DNA of 64,000 nucleotides from Obrimoposthia wandeli (Eukaryota): NCBI GenBank assembly GCA_977020255.1, contig CDROCS010006380.1, positions 124,001 to 188,000 of the forward strand, read 5' to 3'. Shown piece by piece: positions 39,968 to 54,502 of this stretch (position 1 is its first letter; each line of letters starts with the position of its first letter). The notes under the pieces were generated by a model. It saw only the letters and a program-made list of their open reading frames with translations, ran no database searches and was not told where the DNA came from. The position numbers and the translations under genes were made by a program.

Positions 39968-41127
39968 TTGCTTGATTTATATAGTTTAGTTGATTTTTTT
40001 GAAATGGCTTTATAAACTAAATACACGAAGGATAGACCTACAATAAATATACCGTATTTTAGTGGCCATATGATATTGTTTTTGTTTTAATAATTTTGTA
40101 ACTAAATTTAGTTTTTTGACATTTATTGACACCTAAATTTTTGTTAATAAAGCTTCGTAAGATGTTAACATATATTATTCATATACGTTTTTTATGAGGC
40201 GCTTGATCAATTAAAAAAGAAAGTTTTCGTGGGTTTGAAAGTATTTTGAAAGCTGCAATGAAATAGCACATTTAATGAGCATTACAGGAATCCTAACCCA
40301 AAATGTATGTCGAAATTTAAGGGAAACAAAGCCATATTATCTAAGAAAATTATTATAAAATATTTTCTTTTTTTAAAGCAGGATTTAAGGAAACAATAAT
40401 AATCTTTGTAAAATTTCGAGTGAACAATTTTAATTTATAGGAAATTTAGGAGTGATTCCTCCTTCAAGTAGTTTATCCAACCGTTATAATGAAAATATTT
40501 ATTTCGAAAAATAGCTACACTTGATTTAATTCTTTTTTTAATCCTAAAGCTCTACTAAAATTATTAAAATATTATAAAAGTTGAGTTAACATTAATTCTG
40601 TAAAATATCTTTGATTCAAAGGTGAAAAATATTTCATGGAATTTAGGATTGACGAGAAGAATCAACAGCACTAGAAGGAATAAGAAAAATAACGAGAAGA
40701 AGAAACACTCAACAGTTAAACGATGCATCGGTTTGAAACTCTTTGGCTGCATTCACAAGCCGCACATGTAAAATGAGATGCAGATCTAGAAGACAGTTTC
40801 ATGCGGTTATCCTCATTGCAGTTAGTATTTTAATTAAATAGTCAATCTACATTGGAATTTATATCACTATATGACCAATATTGATCAGTTATTTGATTAT
40901 CCAATTTGATTACGTTGTAATACGAATTTTAATAATTCTTAAATGTCGACCATATTAATTGCTACGAAAAACACGTAAAGGCTAATTGATTAAACTTTGA
41001 AAATATATTTGGCAGAACAGACAGAAATAGAATATCTAGAATATCTGTCTTATTTGGATTCAGTTGAACTCTTGTTAACGCTGGTTCTGTAATAAACGGC
41101 ATATTTAAATATATTTAGCAGAAAAGA

Positions 41128-42900
41128 GTCACAGTCACAGTCACAGTCACAGTCACAGTCACAGTCACAGTCACAGTCACAGTCACAGTCACAGTCACAG
41201 TCACAGTCACAGTCACAGTCACAGTCACAGTCACAGTCACAGTCACAGTCACAGTCACAGTCACAGTCACAGTCACAGTCACAGTCACAGTCACAGTCAC
41301 AGTCACAGTCACAGTCACAGTCACAGTCACAGTCACAGTCACAGTCACAGTCACAGTCACAGTCACAGTCACAGTCACAGTCACAGTCACAGTCACAGTC
41401 ACAGTCACAGTCACAGTCACAGTCACAGTCACAGTCACAGTCACAGTCACAGTCACAGTCACAGTCACAGTCACAGTCACAGTCAAAGTCACCGTCACAG
41501 TCACAGTCACAGTCACAGTCACAGTCACAGTCACAGTCACAGTCACAGTCACAGTCACAGTCACAGTCACAGTCACAGTCACAGTCACAGTCACAGTCAC
41601 AGTCACAGTCACAGTCACAGTCACAGTCACAGTCACAGTCACAGTCACAGTCACAGTCACAGTCACAGTCACAGTCACAGTCACAGTCACAGTCACAGTC
41701 ACAGTCACAGTCACAGTCACAGTCACAGTCACAGTCACAGTCACAGTCACAGTCACAGTCACAGTCACAGTCACAGTCACAGTCACAGTCACAGTCACAG
41801 TCACAGTCACAGTCACAGTCACAGTCACAGTCACTGTCACACATCACCCGTCACACAGTCACAGTTCACAGTCACAGTCACAGTTTCACCACAGTCACAG
41901 TTCACAGTCACAGTGTCACAGTCATCACAGTCACAGTCACAGCACAGTCACAGGTCACAGTCACAGTCACAGTCACAGTCACAGTTCACATCACAGTCAC
42001 AGTCACAGTCACAGTCACAGTCAGTCACATTCAAATTCACAGTCACAGTCACATTCACATTACAGTCACATTCACATCACAGACACAGCCACATCACAGT
42101 CACAGCCACAGTCACATCACAGTCCCAGTCCCAGTCCCAGTCACAGTCACATCACAGTCACAGACACAGTCACAGTCACAGTCACAGTCACAGTCACAGT
42201 CACAGTCACAGTCACAGTCACCATGACAGTCACAGTCACAGTCCTGGACAGTCACAGTCACATCACAGTCACATCACAACCAGTCACCACAGTCACAGTC
42301 ACAGTCACAGTCACCACAGTCACAGTCACATCACAGTCACAGTCACAGTCACAGTCACCAGTCACAGTCATCAGTCACAGTCACTGTCACAGTCACAGGT
42401 CACAGTCAGTCACAGTCACAGTCACAGTCACAGTCACAGTCACAGTCACAGTCGCAGTCACAGTCACAGTCACAGTCACAGTCACAGTCACAGTCACAGT
42501 CACAGTCACAGTCACCTCACAGTCACAGTCACCACAGTCACAGTCACAGTCACAGTCACAGTCACAGTCACAGTCACAGTCACAGTCACAGTCACAGTCA
42601 CAGTCTCACAGTCACAGTCACAGTCTCACAGTCACAGTCACAGTCACAGTCACAGTCACAGTCACAGCCAGTCAGTCACAGTCATAGTCACAGTCACAGT
42701 CACAGTCACAGTCAGTCACAGTCACAGTCACAGTCACAGTCACAGTCACAGTCACAGCCACAGCCACAGTCACAGTCACAGTCACAGTCACAGTCACAGT
42801 CACAGTCACAGTCGCAGTCACAGTCACGGTCACAGTCACCACAGTCACAGTGTCACAGTCACGGTCACAGTCACTGTCACTCACAGTTCCACAGTCACTG
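41128..42900. repeat. (AGTCAC)n microsatellite
   Basis: Near-perfect for about 700 bp, then degenerate. Confidence 0.98.
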
Positions 42901-42904
42901 TCAC

Positions 42905-43992
42905 CTGTCAAACATCCTGGACCACACGCTACAATATTCCCAGACCACCGTAGCTCTGTCAGTACCCTGTCCGATGACTGGTGAACATCCTGGACTCCGC
43001 TACAATATTCCCAGACCACGTAGCTCTGTCAGTACCCTGTCCAACCACTGACTGGTGAACATCCTGACCACGACTCACAATATTCCCAGACCACCTCGTA
43101 GCTCTGTCAGTACCCTGTCCAACCACTGACTGGTGAACATCCTGGACCACGACTCCGCTACAATATTCCCAGACCACCTCGTAGCTCTGTCAGTACCCTG
43201 TCCGAACGCTGACTGGTGAACATCCTGGACCACGACTCCGCTACAATATTCCCAGACCACCTCGTAGCTCTGTCAGTACCCTGTCCAACCACTGACTGGT
43301 GAACATCCTGGACCACGACTCCGCTACAATATTCCCAGACCACCTCGTAGCTCTGTCAGTACCCTGTCCAACCACTGACTGGTGAACATCCTGGACCACG
43401 ACTCCGCTACAATATTCCCAGACCACCTCGTAGCTCTGTCAGTACCCTGTCCAACCACTGACTGGTGAACATCCTGGACCACGACTCCGCTACAATATTC
43501 CCAGACCACCCCGTAGCTCTGTCAGTACCCTGTCCGACCGCTGACTGGTGAACATCCTGGACCACGACTCCGCTACAATATTCCCAGACCACCCCGTAGC
43601 TCTGTCAGTACCCTGTCCGACCGCTGACTGGTGAACATCCTGGACCACGACTCCGCTACAATATTCCCAGACCACCTCGTAGCTCTGTCAGTACCCTGTC
43701 CGACCACTGACTGGTGAACATCCTGGACCACGACTCCGCTACAATATTCCCAGACCACCTCGTAGCTCTGTCAGTACCCTGTCCGACCACTGACTGGTGA
43801 ACATCCTGGACCACGACTCCGCTACAATATTCCCAGACCACCTCGTAGCTCTGTCAGTACCCTGTCCAACCGCTGACTGGTGAACATCCTGGACCACGAC
43901 TCCGCTACAATATTCCCAGACCACCCCGTAGCTCTGTCAGTACCCTGTCCGACCGCTGACTGGTGAACATCCTGGACCACGACTCCGCTACA
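42905..43992. repeat. 83-bp minisatellite, about 13 copies
   Basis: ORF track recurs with an 83-bp period. Confidence 0.96.
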
Positions 43993-44959
43993 AATGTAGT
44001 TACAACCATGAAATCGAGAAATAAGCCCATCTGATGTGATAGTTATAAGCAGTTTTAAGCATGACTTACTCTATAATTTACATCATACAACATTTGTTTT
44101 TTATAAGGGACTTTTATAATTCTATGAAGGTGGGCCCTTCTTTATCGGTTCAGCCCGAAGTCTGTCACACCCATAATACGACTATAGTAATAGTTTTTTT
44201 CAACTGCCTAATTAAATTTTTATTAGCCATGTCAAGGTCCCAGTGATTAATTTGTGTAGGTCAATCTAGTGTGCGTCAGTGTACTGCAGCGAGCAGAAAT
44301 TGTGTGGCCAGCGAGGTGGAGGACTCTAAGTTTTGAAAAAGGTACAGTTCTTTGTTTTAAGTTTTTTGATGCTCTCCGATACAAACCATCATTTAAAAAA
44401 AATCTTGATTTACACAAAATGTATAACTAAATATGACACTTATTGTTTTAAACTAGCGGGATTGAATACTAAAATCGTCATAAAATTGCTTACCTTTATG
44501 ATACTGTGACGAGGGTTGTTTGAAGACGCTAAATAGCTCATCTGAAATTAAATAATATAATAGGAATAGACCACGAAAACTGAGGACCAATTAGAGCACC
44601 ATGGGGAACAACAAACTGATGGTTGTGATGTGTTTTCTACCAAATCTCGGCATCACTTTCTCACTTCAATGTGTCAATGCCTGACCGATAACCATTGGAG
44701 GTTGGTGTGTCAACTCAACTTAAGTTACCCTTTACATTTGCCGAAAACGGTCTCTATTCCTATTAAAATAACCCAAAAACAAAACTGTACTGTTTTTGAG
44801 AACCTTAAATTTTACTTTAACTCAAAACTAGTGAATTTTGCTCATTGTGTTTAAGAAGAAGGAAATAATGAAAAACAACGTTAATATATTATGGTAATAA
44901 ATACAAAGTAAATAATAAATACAATAAATAGAATACAAGAATTATACGGCCATACATTC

Positions 44960-45400
44960 AAATTAATATTAATTGTTTCACCTGTATTCAAAAGGCTGTA
45001 GTGTACAGACCACCAAACCGTTATCCTGACCTTTTTTGATGGAATTCTCGTCTCAGTATTGCTTGTCGTGCTTCATCCGCTTCACACAACCGATATGAAC
45101 GTTTTTAGTCACTTTCATCACGTTCCAACTAGAAGTACCCATTTTTCTAAATTGTTAATAGGAGCTTCACGAACTACTTGATCTTCTAAGTCAATGATAA
45201 AAGACTTAACCTTTTCAAACAGTCGTTGAGTGGTTCTTTCATCAGCAGAACCTTCACCAAACGTCAATTTTATATTTCTGAATGCTTCAACTGTTGTGTG
45301 ACCTAATTTATATTCATATAAAAATAATCCGTTTTTAATTTCGATCCATACCAAATTCTGAGTTACGTTTCTAATATAAAAATGTTCAAGTTGTTCTACA
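44960..45400 (-). mobile_element. mariner transposase remnant
   Basis: FLYEYKLGHTTVEAFRNIKLTFGEGSADERTTQRLF (Hsmar/Mos1-type HTH) and KKVRITVWWS..LNTGETI. Confidence 0.85.
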
Positions 45401-45859
45401 TACCATATAAATTTAATGAAAAATGCAGGTACAAAATTTGAGACATTAAAACTGATATAAAGATACATCAATGTTGAAATCGGACACTGAAATCCGGCAT
45501 TAATTATTTGAATGTTTTAAAAAAGTATAATAAATCTACTAAATAAGTTCTCATGATATGCCCTTTGTAAACAAAACATTAATCCAAAAATGAGCACTTA
45601 CTCGTTCTTTGAATTCTCTGAATGGGGAGGAAGTTCCAAATTAAATATATTTAGCAATGTTCATAAAATTGTTGTTCTATACAGCAGAGGCCTTTTCCAG
45701 GCCGTGACATGGTTAATCCTTGTACGTGATGCCAGAATGGTTGATACTTTTATTAACGTTTAATTTGTCGAAGAAAGGGGGAGAAATTCAGTTATAATAT
45801 CGTGTGAAAAACAATGACCAAAATTGTTTGAGAACTTTTCATGTGTATTGTTACAAACG

Positions 45860-47250
45860 TTTCCTGGAGGTGTTGCCAAAACCTTTCCTGGAGGTGTTAA
45901 CCAAAACCTTTCCTGGAGGTGTTGCCAAAACCTTTCTGGAGGTGTTACCAAAACCTTTCCTGGAGGTGTTGCCAAAACCTTTCCTGGAGGTGTTACCAAA
46001 ACCTTTCCTGGAGGTGTTGCCAAAACCTTTCTGGAGGTGTTACCAAAACCTTTCTGGAGGTGTTACCAAAACCTTTCCTGGAGGTGTTACCAAAACCTTT
46101 CCTGGAGGTGTTGCCAAAACCTTTCCTGGAGGTGTTACCAAAACCTTTCCTGGAGGTGTTACCAAAACCTTTCCTGGAGGTGTTGCAAAACCTTTCCTGG
46201 AGGTGTTACCAAAACCTTTCTGAAGGTGTTACCAAAACCTTTCCTGGAGGTGTTACTAAAACCCTTCTGGAGGTGTTACCAAAACCTTTCCTGGAGGTGT
46301 TACCAAAACCTTTCCTGGAGGTGTTACCAAAACCTTTCCTGGAGGTGTTACCAAAACCTTTCCTGGAGGTGTTACCAAAACCTTTCCTGGAGGTGTTACC
46401 AAAACCTTTCCTGGAGGTGTTACCAAAACCTTTCTGGAGGTGTTGCCAAAACCTTTCTGGAGGTGTTACCAAAACCTTTCTGAAGGTGTTACCAAAACCT
46501 TTCCTGGAGGTGTTGCCAAAACCTTTCCTGGAGGTGTTACCAAAACCTTTCCTGGAGGTGTTACCAAAACCTTTCCTGGAGGTGTTACCAAAACCTTTCC
46601 TGGAGGTGTTACCAAAACCTTTCCTGGAGGTGTTACCAAAACCTTTCTGGAGGTGTTGCCAAAACCTTTCCTGGAGGTGTTACCAAAACCCTTCTGGAGG
46701 TGTTACCAAAACCTTTCCTGGAGGTGTTACCAAAACCTTTCCTGGAGGTGTTACCAAAACCTTTCCTGGAGGTGTTACCAAAACCTTTCCTGGAGGTGTT
46801 ACCAAAACCTTTCCTGGAGGTGTTACCAAAACCTTTCCTGGAGGTGTTACCAAAACCTTTCTGGAGGTGTTGCCAAAACCTTTCTGGAGGTGTTACCAAA
46901 ACCTTTCCTGGAGGTGTTACCAAAACCTTTCTGGAGGTGTTACCAAAACCTTTCCTGGAGGTGTTACCAAAACCTTTCTGGAGGTGTTACCAAAACCTTT
47001 CCTGGAGGTGTTACCAAAACCTTTCCTGGAGGTGTTACCAAAACCTTTCTGGAGGTGTTACCAAAACCTTTCCTGGAGGTGTTACCAAAACCTTTCCTGG
47101 AGGTGTTACCAAAACCTTTCTGGAGGTGTTACCAAAACCTTTCTGGAGGTGTTACCAAAACCTTTCCTGGAGGTGTTACCAAAACCTTTCCTGGAGGTGT
47201 TACCAAAACCTTTCTGGAGGTGTTGCCAAAACCTTTCTGGAGGTGTTGCC
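45860..47250. repeat. 23/24-bp minisatellite (cctggaggtgttaccaaaaccttt)
   Basis: Visible head-to-tail array, no spacers. Confidence 0.97.
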
Positions 47251-47354
47251 AAAACAAGGATGTACGTCCTGCAATATGTATCAAAATTCGTGTTTTATTT
47301 GCCTTTTAGTTCATAGTGGTGTTGTACTTGAATTACTCTCTTAGCTCGGTTGGA

Positions 47355-49022
47355 AATGGCCTTTTAGTCAACCCCAATGAGAATGCATCAAAATGAGCCT
47401 TTCAGTCAACCCTAATGAGAATGCATCAAAATGGCCTTTTAGTCAACCCTAATGAGAATGCATCAAAATGGCCTTTTAGTCAACCCTAATGAGAATGCAT
47501 CAAAATGGGCCTTTTAGTCAACCCTAATGAGAATGCATCAAAATGGGCCTTTTAGTCAACCCCAATGAGAATGCATCAAAATGGCCTTTTAGTCAACCCC
47601 AATGAGAATGCATCAAAATGGCCTTTTAGTCAACCCTAATGAGAATGCATCAAAATGGGCCTTTTAGTCAATCCTAATGAGAATGCATCAAAATGGCCTT
47701 TAAGTCAACCCCAATGAGAATGCATCAAAATGAGCCTTTCAGTCAACCCTAATGAGAATGCATCAAAATGGCCTTTTAGTCAACCCCAATGAGAATGCAT
47801 CAAAATGGCCTTTTAGTCAACCCTAATGAGAATGCATCAAAATGGGCCTTTTAGTCAACCCCAATGAGAATGCATCAAAATGAGCCTTTTAGTCAACCCT
47901 AATGAGAATGCATCAAAATGGCCTTTTAGTCAACCCTAATGAGAATGCATCAAAATGGCCTTTTAGTCAACCCTAAGGAGAATGCATCAAAATGGGTCTT
48001 TTAGTCAACCCCAATGACAATGCATCAAAATGGCCTTTTAGTCAACCCCAATGAGAATGCATCAAAATGGCCTTTTAGTCAACCCCAATGAGAATGCATC
48101 AAAATGGCCTTTTAGTCAACCCTAATGAGAATGTATCAAAATGGGCCTTTTAGTCAATCCTAATGAGAATGCATCAAAATGGCCTTTTAGTCAACCCCAA
48201 TGAGAATGCATCAAAATGGCCTTTTAGTCAACCCTAATGAGAATGCATCAAAATGGCCTTTTAGTCAACCCCAATGAGAATGCATCAAAATGGCCTTTTA
48301 GTCAACCCAAATGAGAATGCATCAAAATGGCCTTTTAGTCAATCCTAATGAGAATGCATCAAAATGGGCCTTTTAGTCAACCCCAATGAGAATGCATCAA
48401 AATGAGCCTTTTAGTCAACCCTAATGAGAATGCATCAAAATGGCCTTTTAGTCAACCCTAATGAGAATGCATCAAAATGGCCTTTTAGTCAACCCTAATG
48501 AGAATGCATCAAAATGGGCCTTTTAGTCAACCCTAATGAGAATGCATCAAAATGGGCCTTTTAGTCAACCCCAATGAGAATGCATCAAAATGGCCTTTTA
48601 GTCAACCCCAATGAGAATGCATCAAAATGAGCCTTTTAGTCAACCCCAATGAGAACGCATCAAAATGGCCTTTTAGTCAACCCCAATGAGAATGCATTAA
48701 AATCGGCCTTTTAGTCAACCCTAATGAGAATGCATCAAAATGGGCCTTTTAGTCAACCCTAACAAGAATGCATCAAAATGGCCTTTTAGTCAACCCTAAT
48801 GAGAATGCATCAAAATGGCCTTTTAGTCAACCCCAATGAGAATGCATCAAAATGGCCTTTTAGTCAACCCTAATGAGAATGCATCAAAATGGCCTTTTAG
48901 TCAACCCCAATGAGAATGCATCAAAATGGCCTTTTAGTCAATCCTAATGAGAATGCATCAAAATGGCCTTTTAGTCAATCCTAATGAGAATGCATCAAAA
49001 TGGCCTTTTAGTCAACCCCAAT
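47355..49022. repeat. 37/38-bp minisatellite (ggccttttagtcaaccctaatgagaatgcatcaaaat)
   Basis: Visible head-to-tail array. Confidence 0.97.
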
Positions 49023-50264
49023 AGCCTCGCTATATGAACAATTTGTCTTTATTTAGATTTCAATCGATGGATAACATTGCCATATATCCCGAATTTGATT
49101 TCAAGCCTCACATTATTGCCCCTTTCATGAAAATTGATTTTTTGCATGTTTCATTGTACCAATAATAACTACATCCATCTGGCCATTCAGGCCGGAATCA
49201 CAGCAACTAGGGATTTTTAACATTATTTTATCTGAGAAAACTAATCTTTGTCGTTTGTGAGTTTTATTCAAATTTGGATCTTTCTATTTTAATATCGTTC
49301 AACAAAACTACAGCTGATGAATTATTTTTCCATCTTTACAATTACCTTTTCAGATCTATTTCATAATAATGTGACGCTTACAAAAATGTTCTAACGGTTT
49401 AAGCATCTCTTTTAAAAATTTGGATTTTTTTCTAAATTAATTTTAAATATCAACATTTCTTTTTGATTTATACCTGTATTTCTAAACATTCTTCTTCCTA
49501 CAAAGATTTATGAGAAAACAACTGCATGCATCATAATATTACTTGATAAAATATATTCAATATCAATTTAAAGAAATGCCTAATTAATATTACTAGAAAT
49601 ATTTTTTGAGACAGAAATTAATTTTTTATTTCATTTAATTTCTAAAATTAATAAACTTAAACTGAACAACAACGTCAGCTTTTTATAAAAAATATTAAAA
49701 GTTTCCTAATTTTATATTATTTTTAAATTTCCGTTTCCCAAGTATACTTTTTAAAGTTTAATGAAAAAAGGGAGATATGTTGATTTGCTAGGAACGCACT
49801 ATATAAATAATCCACTTAGATACTTACGAATTAGTGCGGTTTTCAATGACAGGAATTATTTGTTCACTATGCCGATTTCGAACGACAAAGATTATGCTGA
49901 CTGTAGTTGAGATGACCATGAATAAACATGCCACTGCGATTAAGACTGCGCGAATAGGGCTAAGATCAGTTAAGCAATGATACAAATAACCCAAATGAAG
50001 ACCAAACCCTCTTGAGTCAAAATGTTGTACAAGTTACTTGAAAACGTTTTTATTTCGGTGCCAAGTATTTTGATAAATTTCAAGTGTTTTGACTTCTTGA
50101 GAGTCAACCTTCAAAGATTACACCACACCCTGGCCAAGTATATTATAATTCCTTTACAAATAGTAAAATATCCAAATATTTTGGACCCTTGAAGTTCATA
50201 CCCTTGCCAAATGCAAAACCTAGATTGACCTATACCAAGGGCCACATTCAATGCGACCTCAAAT

Positions 50265-50410
50265 AACTTGCTCCAATGCTCCAGGTACCAAAGTTGTACG
50301 AACTGCCTCTGCAATTGACTGTACAGCGGATATGCGCAACTTGATTTGAGAAATACCCGAAGAGGCATCAGTGTCCTCCTTCAACAAAACAATTTGGACT
50401 CCTGGCAACA
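50265..50410 (-). pseudogene. CCT7 (TCP-1 eta)-like N-terminal fragment
   Basis: [36 protein letters not shown] resembles CCT7 [35 protein letters not shown]; the GPRGMDK motif is degraded and followed by a stop. Confidence 0.55.
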
Positions 50411-51059
50411 CTACTAAGATACAAACTTAATATTTAACCTTAAATTTAAACATTGATTGTTCGCAATAAAATCCAATACTATGAACACGATGTCTAGCTA
50501 TTATATAGCCTTACATACAAACATCAAGCACTATGAAGTGTATTAGAAACATCCCTGACCTCTAATTGGTCAATTTAAATGGTCAAACAATAATAACTTG
50601 TAATTCAGATATTTTGCTGAAACCCATTTGGAAATGTCTATAAGTACATTTCATAATCATTTCACAACTGAACAGTGGTATTAGAGAAAGGATTTTTGTT
50701 CTATAAATGGATGAGTCATGATCATGATCTAATATTCAATGTGGTTGTCGTGACTTAATTTCAGATTAAATTGTAAATAAATTAAACAAAATAAAATAAA
50801 ATAAATAATAGTAAATATGATGATGATATTTATGATCGTTGTGGTGATGAAGATTAAGTTAAATGTGAATGTATAAATCTTAAATGTTAATAATTTATGT
50901 ATTTTATATATCGATCAATATTGAGACTAAAATACCACTTATTTAATTAGCGAAACCAAGACAAAATATTCCACAAAATCGAATAAAGGAATCGAAAGCT
51001 ATAAAAAATCCATTAACAAAATCCACAAATCTCCACAATCTCTCCACAATCTCTCAACC

Positions 51060-52250
51060 ATCAGCAAACAGACAAAATTCTTTACCCCCTTTGCGATCCA
51101 GATCAACCGACAGCGCACAGACAAGACTCTTTACCCTCTTTGCGATCCGGACCAACCGACAGCACACAGACAAGACTCTTTACCCCCTTTGCGATCCAGA
51201 CCAACCGACAGCGCACAGACAAGACTCTTTACCCTCTTTGCGATCCGGACCAACCGACAGCACACAGACAAGACTCTTTACCCCCTTTGCGATCCGGACC
51301 AACCGACAGCACACAGACAAACTCTTTACCCTCTTTGCGATCCGGATCAACCGACAGCATACAGACAAGACTCTTTACCCTCTTTGCGATCCGGACCAAC
51401 CGACAGCATACAGGCAAGACTCTTTACCCTCTTTGCGATCCGGACCAACCGACAGCATACAGGCAAGACTCTTTACCCGCTTTGCGATCCGGACCAACCG
51501 ACAGCACACAGACAAACTCTTTACCCCCTTTGCGATCCAGATCAACCGACAGCGCACAGACAAGACTCTTTACCACCTTTGCGATCCGGATCAACCGACA
51601 GCACACAGACAAACTCTTTACCCTCTTTGCGATCCGGACCAACCGACAGCACACAGACAAGACTCTTTACCCTCTTTGCGATCCGGACCAACCGACAGCA
51701 CACAGACAAGACTCTTTACCCTCTTTGCGATCCGGATCAACCGACAGCACACAGACAAGACTCTTTACCCCCTTTGCGATCCGGATCAACCGACAGCACA
51801 CAGACAAGACTCTTTACCCCCTTTGCGATCCGGATCAACCGACAGCACACAGACAAGACTCTTTACCCCCTTTGCGATCCGGATCAACCGACAGCACACA
51901 GACAAACTCTTTACCCTCTTTGCGATCCGGATCAACCGACAGCACACAGACAAGACTCTTTACCCCCTTTGCGATCCGGATCAACCGACAGCACACAGAC
52001 AAGACTCTTTACCCTCTTTGCGATCCGGATCAACCGACAGCACACAGACAAACTCTTTACCCTCTTTGCGATCCGGATCAACCGACAGCATACAGACAAG
52101 ACTCTTTACCCTCTTTGCGATCCGGATCAACCGACAGCACACAGACAAACTCTTTACCCTCTTTGCGATCCGGACCAACCGACAGCACACAGACAAGACT
52201 CTTTACCCTCTTTGCGATCCGGATCAACCGACAGCACACAGACAAGACTA
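51060..52250. repeat. 47/49-bp minisatellite
   Basis: actctttaccctctttgcgatccggaccaaccgacagcacacagacaag repeated. Confidence 0.97.
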
Positions 52251-52743
52251 TTCGTGATTTCATACCGTTAATAAACTATTCATTATTCCTGACATTTCAT
52301 ACAACCGCGGTCTCTCCACAATAATAGTAAACACTGACATATAACTGACATTTACACCAGTGATTCTCAGCATTGTTTCATTGCTAATTATTTCTGTTTA
52401 TTATTCAAATGAAGCGTACATTAAAATTAATAAACTTTGTCGGAAAAATCGCGACAAATAATTTGTTTATGTTTTATATAGACTACATAACTCATTTAGC
52501 AATGAAAATTTTTATAACTAAAATTTAACTAATTACTTAGTATTGACAAGTTTATCAAATTGTATTTAAATCTCAAAATGTTTTGTAAAAACTACTTTTC
52601 AATCATTTTAAGTTAAATTACAATCTACAATCAACCAATTCCAACATTGTAAAGTAAAATAGCAAATAACAAATTTGAATATATATATTTTTCTTTTTCT
52701 TTTCAACGCCCACCCAGTGCTCATTTTGGTTACAGGGTACACT

Positions 52744-53610
52744 CAGGGCCGTCTTAACCATCGGGCTAAAAGGGCTGAAGCCCTGGGGCGCCAGCATGTA
52801 AGGGGCGCCATTTCAAACGCAAAAAAGCAAAGCTCATTTATATAAAATTAAAAACTAAAATTAAAATATTTTGAAAAACATATGAGACATCATAGAAAAA
52901 AATAATTCTGTTGCAAAACACTTTATTTTCTTTTTCAAATTTATTCAAAAGAAAAATGAATAGGCTGGAAAAATGAAGACAATTGCTTTTTTAAATTATC
53001 GTGTTTGTTTGTGACGTTTGTGTATTTAGAAAAATCACCAGCTCTTATTGATTTTATTTTATTAATTTTTAAAAAATTGCGTTTGAATAAATTAATGCAC
53101 ATAATTATTCTACTTATAACTTGTTGATTAAAAATTTTTTACAATAATAAATAACAATAAAAAGGTTAGTTTTGAATTATTATTGATTGTTAAGTCTTAT
53201 TTTAAAATCTTTTACGTATAAGTAATATTTACTAAATTTGTTTTTTATACGACTAAGTATGGATAGGAAATCAAAAAAATTGTCTGGTCATGCCAGACGC
53301 AAGTTAAACGAAGAAAAGGAAGCTAAAGAAAATGCATTGTTAGAAAAAATTCAACCGTTGACAAGCTTTTTCAAACAAAAAACAAGTGGAAGCACTTCAT
53401 CTGATCCAGCTCAAAATCAACAACAGGAAAGTCAACAATCGCAATACGAACATGAAAATCCAGAAATACTACAAGAGGATATACAACAAGATTTGCTCCC
53501 TGACGTTTTACCAAACTCCGAACTAAACGTGGTAAGTGAAAGTGATACTATAGATTTTGTGAATTATGAAGATCCAGCTAAATGGGAAGAATTAACTGAA
53601 AAAAAAATAA
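52744..53610 (+). mobile_element. hAT (Tip100/ZMYM1-like) transposon 5' fragment
   Basis: cagggccgtcttaacc terminus with ggggcgcc subterminal repeats; ORF MDRKSKKLSGHARRK..PLTSFF typical of that transposase N-terminus. Confidence 0.7.
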
Positions 53611-54502
53611 CAGTGTACCGTACACTGAATCCCTGGTTTACATCTTCATCGGTCAAAATGACTCATACTTTAGGCAGAACAAAGGAACCAATCGTCGAAT
53701 GTAAACTCTCTACAGGGCGGCCAGGTCTCAGCCCAAAAGACTCATACTTCTTACCGTGTTCATACTCATTTCAGTGGCTGAAGTAACAGGTGACACCCAT
53801 GTGGTCCTACTATACAGGCTTTCACAATACAAGTATGGTCGCGGAATTATAGACCTGATACTTTTGAAATAGTTGATAACTCTATTCAACAAAAAGCATA
53901 CTTAAACAAATGTCCTTAATTTACATGGTTACTAATATTTAAATACTTCTTTACTAAGTAATTACAAATCTCATAATTTGAGCAATCAATGTCTACAAAG
54001 CGAATAACCCAACTCCGTATTGTATATTTTAATTTACATGTTTACTTTTTTGGTCACATATTTACATTGTTTTTCTTAATATATTTATATGGACCATTTT
54101 ATCATTGGTTTGAAAATATATTTAACAATTTACAGTAACATCGCCAACAGTTTTGACACTCGAAATAGAAAATGAGGGTAAAATGCAACAAAACATAACA
54201 ATTAAATATTTACCAAACCAATCTGAAATGAACCAAAACTTTGTAAAATGTTAAGACAGAATTATCATGAAAATATCAAACCCGAAGTGTCTAAAAAACT
54301 CTTAAATTTAATAATTAAAATATAATATTTTAAATAAAAATCAAAATTTGCAGGAAAATTAAAACACAGCTACAATAAAGGATGAAAACTCCAAATAATC
54401 AGATATTTGAATATCAGTCAGAAAGTAGGATTTTTACTCGTTACTTTGCAATTGCAAATTTCAGTGGTGATGATTAATACCAAATTATGGAATTGTATAG
54501 AG

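Noticed and set aside
41050-47344. Long ORFs ([20 protein letters not shown] repeats)
   Set aside because: Artefacts of stop-free tandem repeats.
45860-49022. CRISPR-like arrays (24-bp and 37-bp repeats)
   Set aside because: Units are head-to-tail with no unique spacers, there are no cas genes, and the context is eukaryotic; these are minisatellites.
51091-52324. 388-394 aa ORFs in three frames
   Set aside because: Translations of the 47/49-bp minisatellite.
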